This document shows positions 48,274 to 56,989 of a stretch of 64,000 nt of DNA, piece after piece. Source of the stretch: an uncultured Planctomycetia bacterium (lineage in GTDB: Bacteria; Omnitrophota; Gorgyraeia; Duberdicusellales; 4484-171); NCBI GenBank assembly GCA_964629655.1, contig CAZVQU010000001.1, forward strand, positions 84,788-148,787. Direction: 5' to 3'. The first letter of the stretch is position 1; each line of letters opens with the position of its first letter. The position numbers and the translations under genes are program-made. A model generated the notes under the pieces. The model did no database searches. It was not told the DNA's origin and saw nothing but the letters and a program-made list of their open reading frames with translations.

Positions 48274-49338
48274 TTAGCTCTCTTTGGGATAAGCGCCAAG
48301 GACTTTTACGAAAAGGCACTCCTTTCTTAACGCCTTTAAGGCCTTCTTAACTAAGGAAGAGTCCTTATGCCCCTCCATGTCTACGAAAAAGTAGTACTTC
48401 CAAGCCTTCTTCTTAGAAGGCCTTGATTCTATCTTGGTAAGATTTATATTACCCTTCTTGAAAGGCACAAGAACATTATGCAAGGCACCAGCCTTATCTT
48501 TCATCGAGAACACTATAGATGTTTTATCATGTTTGGTCGGTTTAACATTTTGAGTCCCGATTATCAAGAAACGGGTAATGTTATGGGCTGAATCCTCAAT
48601 TGAACTAGCCAGTAAATTTAGTTTATACTCATCGGCTGCTACTTTACTGGCTATAGCGGCTCTGCCCTTTCCTGAAGCAGCAAGCATTGCTGCTTGAGTT
48701 GTGCTTGTGCAAGGAATCAACTTAGCATTTGGTATATTCTTCTCAAGCCATTTACGGCATTGGGCAAACACCTGCTCATGAGAATAAACCTTCTTCACGG
48801 CAGATATATTACTCTGTTTACTTAGAAGATTATGTTTTATAGGTAAATACATCTCTGAGCATATTTTAAGATCAGAATCTATGAACATGTCCAAGGTATG
48901 ATTCACAGCGCCTTCAGTAGAATTTTCAATAGGGACTACACCATAATCTGCCCTGCCGCGTTCAACTTCGGTAAAAACATCAGCTATACTGCTACATTCA
49001 ACATAGTCCAATGACTTACCAAACTTTTTTATTGCTGCAATATGCGTGAATGTTGCCTCTGGCCCTAAATAGGCTATCTTCATAGTTGCCCTCTGAGCCC
49101 TGCATATAGAAAGTATCTCCCGGAAAACGTCTTTCACATCTTGAGCTGAAAATGGTCCTTTGTTAATTTTCTTCAACCGAGATATCATACTTTCCTCTCT
49201 ATCGGGAGCATATGTGCTTAATTTCTTCTTTTTCTTCACCTTGCTAACCTTGATGACTTTCAAAGCCCTCTGGTTAAGCAGACTAAGTATTTTTTCGTCT
49301 ATGTAATCGATCTTTTTTCTTAATTGCTTTAATGACAT
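48274..49338 (-). CDS. pheA: Chorismate mutase / prephenate dehydratase (P-protein)
   Basis: LRKKID..D, LGPEATF, PIENSTEG, NITRF, NLTKIESRP ACT domain. Confidence 0.96.
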   Translation of the reverse strand: MSLKQLRKKIDYIDEKILSLLNQRALKVIKVSKVKKKKKLSTYAPDREESMISRLKKINKGPFSAQDVKDVFREILSICRAQRATMKIAYLGPEATFTHIAAIKKFGKSLDYVECSSIADVFTEVERGRADYGVVPIENSTEGAVNHTLDMFIDSDLKICSEMYLPIKHNLLSKQSNISAVKKVYSHEQVFAQCRKWLEKNIPNAKLIPCTSTTQAAMLAASGKGRAAIASKVAADEYKLNLLASSIEDSAHNITRFLIIGTQNVKPTKHDKTSIVFSMKDKAGALHNVLVPFKKGNINLTKIESRPSKKKAWKYYFFVDMEGHKDSSLVKKALKALRKECLFVKVLGAYPKES

Positions 49339-49348
49339 ATTCCTCCTT

Positions 49349-50080
49349 TTATTTAAACTCTCCCTCAGCCTGCTTTAAGGAATCAAAATGTCCAATGTCA
49401 ATCCATTTACCGCTTAAGGTGTATCCAAAAACTTTTGACTCCTTAGATAACCAGGCTATATATTTGCCCGAAGCATCAACACTTCCATTATCGCTAATAA
49501 ATGAATCGAATAGATGCAAGGACTGCTTAGGAAAAAAGTAAACACACGATGCAGCCAAAGTAGAAAGAGGTTTCTTAGGTTTCTCTTGGAATTTAGATAT
49601 CCTCTTTTCTTTATTAAGCATTACTACACCAAAACGTGTAGCCATTTTTTTGCATTTAACATCATAAAGCCCAATAGAAGGGTATGATTTCTTTTCCTTT
49701 GCGAATTTAATGAATCCTACTAAATCATCCTGAAATAAATTGTCTCCTCCTAAAACTAACCAATCTGCTTTTGTCTCACCAAGAGCAAACCTCATATCCT
49801 TTATGGCCCCTAATCTATCCTCATGGCTATTTGAACCGTCATTAAGGATCTCTGCTCTTACCTTGTACTTTTTCTTCCAATCCAAGAAGCTCTTATAAAA
49901 CTTATTATTAACAACGATTCTTACCTCATCCACAGGGAAACTATCGGCCAGATCTTTTATCTTGTCGACTAAATAATTAATCATTGGTTTATTGTTTATC
50001 GGAACCAGAGGTTTAGCTATTCTTTTAGTTAGAGGATAGAGTCTTGTTCCGTAGCCAGCGGCAAGGATTGCTATATGCAT
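49349..50080 (-). CDS. Sugar-phosphate nucleotidyltransferase (NTP_transferase family, short)
   Basis: LAAGYGTRLYPLT...KPL, GGDNLF, EKP, WIDIG. Confidence 0.88.
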   Translation of the reverse strand: MHIAILAAGYGTRLYPLTKRIAKPLVPINNKPMINYLVDKIKDLADSFPVDEVRIVVNNKFYKSFLDWKKKYKVRAEILNDGSNSHEDRLGAIKDMRFALGETKADWLVLGGDNLFQDDLVGFIKFAKEKKSYPSIGLYDVKCKKMATRFGVVMLNKEKRISKFQEKPKKPLSTLAASCVYFFPKQSLHLFDSFISDNGSVDASGKYIAWLSKESKVFGYTLSGKWIDIGHFDSLKQAEGEFK

Positions 50081-50081
50081 A

Positions 50082-51839
50082 TTAAATCATCAATATACGG
50101 TAAAAATCATCCCCTAAGATCTTTTTCAGCTCGCTCTGAAGGTATTTCTCTACCTCTTTCGCTGTAGGAAGCTTTAAGGCCTCTTGGAGAGCGGCTTTAG
50201 CATCTTTGAGGTTGATATTACTTATTAGCTCTTTCACCTTGGGAATCTGGGGAATAGACATACTAAACCTATCTAGCCCCATTCCTAAGAGCAGGAATGA
50301 AAAGATAAGTTCTCCGGACATCTCTCCACACATTCCGACCCAGATATCATTCTGATGAGCAGCCTCGATTATTCTTTTTATCAATCTTAATACTGCTGGA
50401 TGACCGGGTTCATAAAGATAAGCAACTTTCTCATTAGTCCGGTCTACGGCTAAGGAGTATTGAATCAAATCATTTGTTCCAATGCTGAAGAAATCACATT
50501 CTTTTGCTAAAACATCAGCGGTCAAAGCTGCTGAAGGGACTTCAATCATCGCTCCCACTGAAATATCCTTATCAAATTTCTTGCCTTCTTTTTTTAGCTC
50601 TTTCTTGCATTTATCTAAAAGCCCCTTTGCCTGCATTAACTCCTCTATCCCTGAAATCATCGGAAACATCAACTTCACATTATTACCTACGGAAGCCCTT
50701 AAAATTGCTCTTAGCTGAACCTTGAATACTTCTGGACGAGCTAGGCAAAATCGAATTGCTCTCCATCCTAAAAAAGGACTCATCTCATGAGGAACTTCTG
50801 GCCGTGAAAGAAACTTGTCACCGCCAATATCAATTGTTCTAAAAATAACCGAATGCGGCGATACTTCCTTTGCCACCTTGCTATATGCTTTATACTGTTC
50901 TTCCTCAGAAGGTAAGTCTCTTCGGCCTAAGAAAATATATTCGGTACGATAAAGACCGATACCCTCTGCGCCATACTTCTTAATCAAAGGAAGCTCCTCA
51001 GGGAGTTCAATATTGCCAGAGACCACTATTGCCTTTCCGTCCTTGGTGAAAACTTTGACAGCCTTTGGTATATGAATCGCCTTTACTTCTTTAGTGTAAA
51101 GGTTGGACTTTTTCCTATATTCTTTTAAAACTTTATCTGTAGGCCGTACTATAACAAGCCCTGAAGAACCATCGACAATAACCTTATCCCCAGACCGTAT
51201 ATTATCTGTGGCAACCTCTAAGCCTACAACTGCTGGAATTCGCAAGCTTTTAGCGATAATTGCCGTATGCGAGGTTCTACCGCCAACATCGGTAACAAAT
51301 CCCAAGACATTTTCCTTAGGCAAAGAGGCAGTCTGGGAAGGTCCAAGATCATGAGCAACAATAACTACTTTTTCCTTTAAATCACTTAAAGATAAGGTCT
51401 TCTCCTTAAGCATTGTCTTCAAAACTCTTCGGGAAATATCTTCAATATCTATTACTCTCTCACGTAAATACTCATCATTTAAGTTAAGCAAAGTATCAAC
51501 ATACTTCTTTATACTTTCAGAGAAAGCATATTCAACATTCACCTTTTTTATCTTAATCTGTTTAATAACGTCTTCTATCAAAACCCTGTCTTCCAAAACT
51601 AGGTAGTGGGCTTCAAATATTCGGCCATGGTCAAAACCAATATCTTTGGATATCTTCTTCTGTAAATCAGAGATCTCTTTGCGTGTCTCCATCAACGCCT
51701 CTTCAAGGCGATAGATCTCCCGAGAAATCTCATCGTGAGAGATCTTCTTCTTGGGAACAGAAAATTCGTCTTTCCTCAATATTAAGACTTTGCCTATCCC
51801 CACTCCTCCAGAAACACCAATGCCTTTTATCTTAATCAT
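50082..51839 (-). CDS. ptsI: PEP-protein phosphotransferase (PTS enzyme I)
   Basis: GGRTSHTAI phospho-His, GIGLYRTE, DIGGDK, SIGTNDLIQY, MCGEM. Confidence 0.97.
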   Translation of the reverse strand: MIKIKGIGVSGGVGIGKVLILRKDEFSVPKKKISHDEISREIYRLEEALMETRKEISDLQKKISKDIGFDHGRIFEAHYLVLEDRVLIEDVIKQIKIKKVNVEYAFSESIKKYVDTLLNLNDEYLRERVIDIEDISRRVLKTMLKEKTLSLSDLKEKVVIVAHDLGPSQTASLPKENVLGFVTDVGGRTSHTAIIAKSLRIPAVVGLEVATDNIRSGDKVIVDGSSGLVIVRPTDKVLKEYRKKSNLYTKEVKAIHIPKAVKVFTKDGKAIVVSGNIELPEELPLIKKYGAEGIGLYRTEYIFLGRRDLPSEEEQYKAYSKVAKEVSPHSVIFRTIDIGGDKFLSRPEVPHEMSPFLGWRAIRFCLARPEVFKVQLRAILRASVGNNVKLMFPMISGIEELMQAKGLLDKCKKELKKEGKKFDKDISVGAMIEVPSAALTADVLAKECDFFSIGTNDLIQYSLAVDRTNEKVAYLYEPGHPAVLRLIKRIIEAAHQNDIWVGMCGEMSGELIFSFLLLGMGLDRFSMSIPQIPKVKELISNINLKDAKAALQEALKLPTAKEVEKYLQSELKKILGDDFYRILMI

Positions 51840-52104
51840 TTTTACCCTCGTCTTCTAAAAACCTCTTTAAATCATCTATCGCTTCTTTTGCATCATCACC
51901 TTCTGTAATCAATTTTACCTCTACACCGGCATTTACCCCTAAGCTCAATAAGGCCATTATCGACTTACCATCAACAATCTCGCCGTCTCTTTCTATCTTT
52001 ACTGATGAGTTAAATTTATTAGCTAACTGCACAAAGATAGTAGCCGGTCTAGCATGTAAACCGTGGACTTTCCCTACGACTACCTGTTTTTCAATCCTCT
52101 CCAT
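51832..52104 (-). CDS. ptsH: Phosphocarrier protein HPr
   Basis: GLHARPA (His15), DGKSIM (Ser46). Confidence 0.96.
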   Translation of the reverse strand: MERIEKQVVVGKVHGLHARPATIFVQLANKFNSSVKIERDGEIVDGKSIMALLSLGVNAGVEVKLITEGDDAKEAIDDLKRFLEDEGKND

Positions 52105-53342
52105 TTTTTCTTCATATAGTTATAGATAACCATGACCTCTTTTGCTGTATTTTTCGAATCATGACGTAAATAATTGCTCTTACTAACAACATCCCCTTCA
52201 AATATGGACACCCCTAATTTTTTAAATCTTTCCCGATCAAAAATTACCGGAAAAGATTTCTCTTGGGCATACTTAACAAGAAGATTATGCTTAAGTCTAC
52301 CGGAATTAACCAAACAGCAGTTAACGATATTTCTCTCGGCATGAGAAACTATCTTCTCAAGATGATCAAATGCTGTAAGGCCATCAGTCTCGCCATGCTG
52401 AGTCATAACATTACAAAGGTATAACTTCACAACATCCCGTTTAGCAATCTCTTCTCTAACTTGCTCTATTAAAAGATTAGGTATAATACTAGTAAATAAA
52501 CTCCCCGGCCCAAAGATTATTATCTCAGCCTCTCTTATAGCCTCAATGGCTTCGGGATTAGATTTGACATCTTGAGGAACTAAGTATATTTTTCTTATCG
52601 ACTTCTCCTCGTGAGGAATCTTATCCTCGCCTTCTTTCGTTGTTCCATCGCTATACTCAGCCTTAAGACGTATCTTATCCAAACTTGACGGTAATACTCT
52701 TCCGCGGATAGCCAAAACTATGCTCGATTCCTTTACTGCGTCTTTAAAACTTCCTGTTACTTGAGTCATGGCAGTAATAAAAATATTTCCAAAGCTATGG
52801 CCTTTAATCCCATTGCCTTCTTTAAAACGGTATTGAAACAAATCGCGCATCAGCTGTGGTGCTTCGGCTAAAGAGACTAAACAGTTTCTAATATCTCCTG
52901 GAGGCAAAATACCGAATTCCTCTCTTAAGCGCCCTGAAGAACCACCCTCATCAGCAACAGCTACTATAGCTGTTATGTTCGCAGTATATTCCTTTAATCC
53001 CTCAAGGGCAGTAGAAAGTCCTGTTCCGCCTCCAATAGCAACAATCTTAGGCCCCTTAGACAAAAACCTTTTTTCGTAAATTATGTCAATGATCTCTTTA
53101 TTCTTCCCAGGGTAGATAGCCTCAAAAAAACTTTTAATAAGCGAGCGCATCCCAGCCACAAATCCAATAAAAGAAAAAACAAATAAAAGAGAATCAAATA
53201 TCTTTAAAATCAAATGGGTATCATGGGCAAGCCTTACCGACGAAAAAATTAAAAAGAAAAGGCTCAAGAACAGTAAAACAACCCATCTTTTTATCCTTAG
53301 GCCAGGATAAAACCATTTTATAATTTTTAGAAACTTCTTCAT
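52080..53342 (-). CDS. yvcK: YvcK/GlmR (CofD-like) protein with N-terminal TM helices
   Basis: PGLRIKRW plus two TM, GGGTGLS, DEGGSSG.LR, PPGDIRNCL, GPGSLFTSIIPNL, RHD. Confidence 0.92.
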   Translation of the reverse strand: MKKFLKIIKWFYPGLRIKRWVVLLFLSLFFLIFSSVRLAHDTHLILKIFDSLLFVFSFIGFVAGMRSLIKSFFEAIYPGKNKEIIDIIYEKRFLSKGPKIVAIGGGTGLSTALEGLKEYTANITAIVAVADEGGSSGRLREEFGILPPGDIRNCLVSLAEAPQLMRDLFQYRFKEGNGIKGHSFGNIFITAMTQVTGSFKDAVKESSIVLAIRGRVLPSSLDKIRLKAEYSDGTTKEGEDKIPHEEKSIRKIYLVPQDVKSNPEAIEAIREAEIIIFGPGSLFTSIIPNLLIEQVREEIAKRDVVKLYLCNVMTQHGETDGLTAFDHLEKIVSHAERNIVNCCLVNSGRLKHNLLVKYAQEKSFPVIFDRERFKKLGVSIFEGDVVSKSNYLRHDSKNTAKEVMVIYNYMKKKWRGLKNR

Positions 53343-53809
53343 CTTATTGCTTGCTGCTGTTTATCTAATAAGGCAATAACTTCCTCTTCTGTTTTAACGC
53401 TTTTCAGTCTTTGAACCAGATATTTATCACGCAACATTCTCGCCAGAAAGGCCAGCATTTTAAGATGCAACCCTGCTTCCTTCTGATTGGAAAGAAGAAG
53501 CGCTACAATATTTACTGGCTCTTGATCCAATGAATCGAAATCAATCCCTTCTTTAGATATGCCAACGCAAATTACGATATCTTTAACAGAATTAGTTCGT
53601 ACGTGGGGAAAAGCGATATGGTTTCCAATCGCGGTAGAACCCATTTCTTCTCTTTGAAAGATAGCTTTCGAAATCTCCTTTTTATCCTCTTTAGCTATCT
53701 TCTTTTCTTCTACGAGGTGGTCAACGATGCTTAAAATGGTATTCTTCTTATTTTTTTGCTTTAATCCTAAAATAATACATTCTTTGCTTAAATAATCTAA
53801 AATATTCAT
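53339..53809 (-). CDS. ptsN: PTS EIIA-2 (PtsN/fructose-type) stand-alone protein
   Basis: REEMGSTAIG..IAFPH, GIDFDSLD.EPV, HLK.LA. Confidence 0.88.
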   Translation of the reverse strand: MNILDYLSKECIILGLKQKNKKNTILSIVDHLVEEKKIAKEDKKEISKAIFQREEMGSTAIGNHIAFPHVRTNSVKDIVICVGISKEGIDFDSLDQEPVNIVALLLSNQKEAGLHLKMLAFLARMLRDKYLVQRLKSVKTEEEVIALLDKQQQAIR

Positions 53810-53851
53810 ATATTCTAATTCATCTTTTTCGTATTACACCCAACTAATAAT

Positions 53852-53928
53852 TGGAGCGGAGGAAGGGAATCGAACCCTCAACCTTCACGTTGGCAACGTG
53901 ACGCTCTAGCCGATTGAGCTACCCCCGC
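53852..53928 (-). tRNA. tRNA-Gly(GCC)
   Basis: GCGGGGGTAGCTCAATCGGCTAGAGCG TCACG TT GCC AA CGTGA...GGTTCGATTCC...CTCCA; CCA encoded. Confidence 0.96.
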
Positions 53929-53950
53929 GATCAACCAAATAAATACCTTA

Positions 53951-54032
53951 TGCGGATGGAGGGACTTGAACCCCCATGAGTTTCCTCACTAGCTCCTAAG
54001 GCTAGCGCGTCTGCCAATTTCGCCACATCCGC
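53951..54032 (-). tRNA. tRNA-Leu(TAG)
   Basis: GCGGATGTGGCGAAATTGGCAGACGCG CTAGC CT TAG GA GCTAG, long variable arm, GGTTCAAGTCC; CCA not encoded. Confidence 0.96.
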
Positions 54033-54035
54033 GAA

Positions 54036-54111
54036 TGGTGAGCCGCCCGAGGGTCGAACTCGGAACACCCGCCTTAAAAGGGCGGTGCTCTACCAACTGA
54101 GCTAGCGGCCC
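54036..54111 (-). tRNA. tRNA-Lys(TTT)
   Basis: GGGCCGCTAGCTCAGTTGGTAGAGCA CCGCC CT TTT AA GGCGG...GTTCGACCC...ACCA. Confidence 0.96.
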
Positions 54112-54169
54112 ATTAACTTTGTTGTTGATATCTATCCCCTAAAGGAATTCTTTACTATCAGAGAGCCTT

Positions 54170-54727
54170 TTAGAACTCTTTGAGTTCCTTCTCTTTTTCT
54201 TCCAAAATATTATCTATCTCTTTGATATGCTTATCAGTAGTCTTTTGCAGCTGATCTTCTGATTTAAAACGGTCATCTTCAGAAATTTTCTTACCTTTTT
54301 CTAAACTCTTAATCTTCTCCTTGCCATCTCTTCTTACAGTTCTAATTGACACTTTCCCTTCTTCAACTATCTTTTTAACTATTTTTATCAATTCCTCTCT
54401 TCTCTCTTCAGACAAAGGCGGGACTATTAACCTTATAATCTTATTATCACTAACAGGAGTAATGCCCAACTCCGACTGCAGAATAGCTTTTTCAATCTCT
54501 TTTACTGACGAAGGATCATAAGGACTGATAACAATCATCCTGGCTTCAGGAATGCCAATAGTAGCAAGCTCCTTAAGCAAGGTTGGTGTCCCATAATAAT
54601 TCACCCTTATGCCTTCGACCATTTTAGGATTAGCTCTACCGGAACGGAGTTCAGACAGTTCCCGCTTTGTTGCCTCTATGGCTTTTCTCATATTATCTTC
54701 TATTTCTTTTAAGACTTCTTTTACCAT
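54170..54727 (-). CDS. frr: Ribosome recycling factor
   Basis: LRSGRANP, YYG.PT, IEKAI..S.LG.TP, PPLSEERR, KISEDD. Confidence 0.97.
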   Translation of the reverse strand: MVKEVLKEIEDNMRKAIEATKRELSELRSGRANPKMVEGIRVNYYGTPTLLKELATIGIPEARMIVISPYDPSSVKEIEKAILQSELGITPVSDNKIIRLIVPPLSEERREELIKIVKKIVEEGKVSIRTVRRDGKEKIKSLEKGKKISEDDRFKSEDQLQKTTDKHIKEIDNILEEKEKELKEF

Positions 54728-54739
54728 CCTACTCCTCCC

Positions 54740-55453
54740 TCATTTGATAAGGGTTCCAATATTCTGTCCACAAACCACTTTCTTCAAATTACCATGTTTC
54801 ATAAAATTAAAGACGGTTATCGGTAGCTTGTTCTCCATACATAAGGTAATTGCTGTTGTATCCATTATCCTTAACTTTTTATTAATTACCTTCATGTAGT
54901 CCAATTTTTTAAACATTTTGGCATTTTTGTCTTTAAAGGGATCTGCTGAGTAGACTCCGTTCACTTTTGTTCCTTTAAGTAGAGCATCTACGCCAATTTC
55001 TACGCTACGCAAAGCCGAAGCAGTGTCAGTAGTAAAATAAGGATTACCTGTCCCGGCGACAAATATAACTACCCTTTTCTTTTCTAGATGCCTTATGGCC
55101 CGACGGCAAATATAGGGTTCAGCTATCCTATCCATCCCAATAGCAGTCATAACTCTGGTAGGAATACACTGATTTTCTAAAGCATTTTGGAGAGCAAGGC
55201 CATTTAAAACTGTTGCCAGCATCCCCATGTAATCAGCAACAGTCCTCTGCATTTGAAACTCCTTAGACTTAGGAACTCCCCGGAATATATTTCCGGCTCC
55301 AACTACTAAGGCTATCTCTACGCCTAGATTTAATACCTCTTTGATCTGCTTAGCTAAATGAACACAGACATCGGTATCAATACCGTGAGGATACTTACCT
55401 AAAAAAGCTTCTCCGCTCAATTTAAGAAGAACTCTTTTGTATTTAGCTTGCAT
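54740..55453 (-). CDS. pyrH: UMP kinase
   Basis: KRVLLKLSGEA, GNIFRG, DYMGMLAT, GTGNPYFTTD. Confidence 0.98.
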   Translation of the reverse strand: MQAKYKRVLLKLSGEAFLGKYPHGIDTDVCVHLAKQIKEVLNLGVEIALVVGAGNIFRGVPKSKEFQMQRTVADYMGMLATVLNGLALQNALENQCIPTRVMTAIGMDRIAEPYICRRAIRHLEKKRVVIFVAGTGNPYFTTDTASALRSVEIGVDALLKGTKVNGVYSADPFKDKNAKMFKKLDYMKVINKKLRIMDTTAITLCMENKLPITVFNFMKHGNLKKVVCGQNIGTLIK

Positions 55454-55973
55454 TTGCCTCGCTTAAGGAAAAACGAACAAACCTTTTAATTACTATATTT
55501 TCTCCGGTCTGAGACACTGTATCCCGCAAATAATCTCCTACTGAGAGTTTGCTATCCTTTACAAAGGCTTGTTCTAGAAGGCAATATCGCTTGATATACT
55601 CATCCTTATTTTTTACATCTTTTAAAACATCCTTCGGGATATCTTCCTTAGCTACATATTCAGGATTAGCTGCTGCCACCTGCATAGCTATATCTTTAAC
55701 AAATTTCTTGAACACATCTGTACGAGCAACAAAGTCTGTTTCACAATTTACTTCAACCAAAGTGGCAAGGTTGCCCCCAAAATGGACATAGGCATCTATC
55801 ACCCCTTGGCCGGTTGCTCGAGAGCTTCTTTTCTCTAACATTCGAATTCCCTTACTCTTTAATATTTTTAAAGCTTTATCAAAATCGCCCTTGGATTCAC
55901 TCAAAGCCTTCTTACAATCATTAATCCCCAAAGAAGTTAACCCTCTCAATTTCTTAATATCTGACAAACCCAT
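55443..55973 (-). CDS. tsf: Elongation factor Ts (short form)
   Basis: KKLR..T..G..DCKKAL, EVNCETDFVA, IAMQVAA, GENI.IKRFVRF. Confidence 0.96.
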   Translation of the reverse strand: MGLSDIKKLRGLTSLGINDCKKALSESKGDFDKALKILKSKGIRMLEKRSSRATGQGVIDAYVHFGGNLATLVEVNCETDFVARTDVFKKFVKDIAMQVAAANPEYVAKEDIPKDVLKDVKNKDEYIKRYCLLEQAFVKDSKLSVGDYLRDTVSQTGENIVIKRFVRFSLSEANAS

Positions 55974-56012
55974 TCTAATCCTCCTTTAATGAAACCGTAA
56001 TGGTATGGTGAA

Positions 56013-56840
56013 TTATTTACTCTTTGTGCTTTTCTTAATCTTTTTTTCGGGAGTTTCGTCCCCTGTTTTAACCTCAGAGGAAGGAGCCTCTGCTGATTTC
56101 TCCTCAGCTGCACTTTCAGCCTTTTCCTTCTCTTGGCTCTTCTTCCCTTCTAAGGCTTCTTTAAGTCCCTGATTAATTGCCTCAACCACAGAAGAAGTTA
56201 TATACTTTACTGACTTTATAGAATCGTCATTTCCTGGTATAGGGTAATCAATAATATCAGGATTAGCGTCAGTATCAATCAAAGCAATAATAGGTATCTC
56301 TAATTTGTTTACCTCCCTTACGCAAGCGACCTCTTTTTTTGGGTCAACCACGAAAACGCAACTAGGAAGACCCTCCAGGGAAGTAACTCCACTATAGCTT
56401 CTCTCCATTCTCTCTATTTCTCGATTTATCTTTACGACTTCCTTTTTTACCATTATGTCAAAACCGCCAGTCTCTCGCTTCCTCAAAAACTCTAAATACT
56501 TCTCCACCCTTCTCCTTACAGTAGAGAAGTTGGTAAGTAAACCTCCAACCCATCTCTCTGCCACATAAGGCATATCGCAGGAAGAAGCTAATTCTTTTAC
56601 TACGCTTCGCAGTTGCTTTTTGGTAGATACAAAAAGAATCTTCTCGCCATCTTTTGCTTTTTGTTTCGCGAACTCCTTAGCCTCTTGTAATTTTTGGGCT
56701 GTCTTCTCTAAATCAATAATATAAACATTTTTCTTTTTGCCGAAAATGAACCTCTTCATTTTAGGATTCCAATGTTTACTCAAATGCCCAAAATGAACCC
56801 CATTTTCCAATAATTCCTTAATAATTTCAGGTAGCGCCAT
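56013..56840 (-). CDS. rpsB: 30S ribosomal protein S2
   Basis: GVHFGH...WNPKM, RWVGGLLTNF, DTDANPD..DYPIPGNDD. Confidence 0.98.
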   Translation of the reverse strand: MALPEIIKELLENGVHFGHLSKHWNPKMKRFIFGKKKNVYIIDLEKTAQKLQEAKEFAKQKAKDGEKILFVSTKKQLRSVVKELASSCDMPYVAERWVGGLLTNFSTVRRRVEKYLEFLRKRETGGFDIMVKKEVVKINREIERMERSYSGVTSLEGLPSCVFVVDPKKEVACVREVNKLEIPIIALIDTDANPDIIDYPIPGNDDSIKSVKYITSSVVEAINQGLKEALEGKKSQEKEKAESAAEEKSAEAPSSEVKTGDETPEKKIKKSTKSK

Positions 56841-56893
56841 ATTTCCCCTTTCCTCCTTTTAACTTAACTATTTAAATAAACCTAGAAATCAAC

Positions 56894-56939
56894 GTAGACG
56901 GAGCCCTCTACCGGATCTCCCTGTGATCTGGCTAGCTCC
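56894..56939 (-). promoter_or_regulatory. Structured 5' leader of rpsB-tsf (candidate S2 autogenous operator)
   Basis: Complementary blocks GGAGC/GCUCC, CCAGAUC/GAUCCGG, GUAGA/UCUAC downstream of promoter TTGAAA-16 nt-TATACT (56954-56981). Confidence 0.45.
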
Positions 56940-56989
56940 TTTCTCAAACTCAAAGTATATCATATTTCTTAATATTTTCAACCACTTCT

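Noticed and set aside
53852-54169. tRNA cluster as an integration site
   Set aside because: Flanked by housekeeping genes; no duplicated tRNA 3' end or integrase seen
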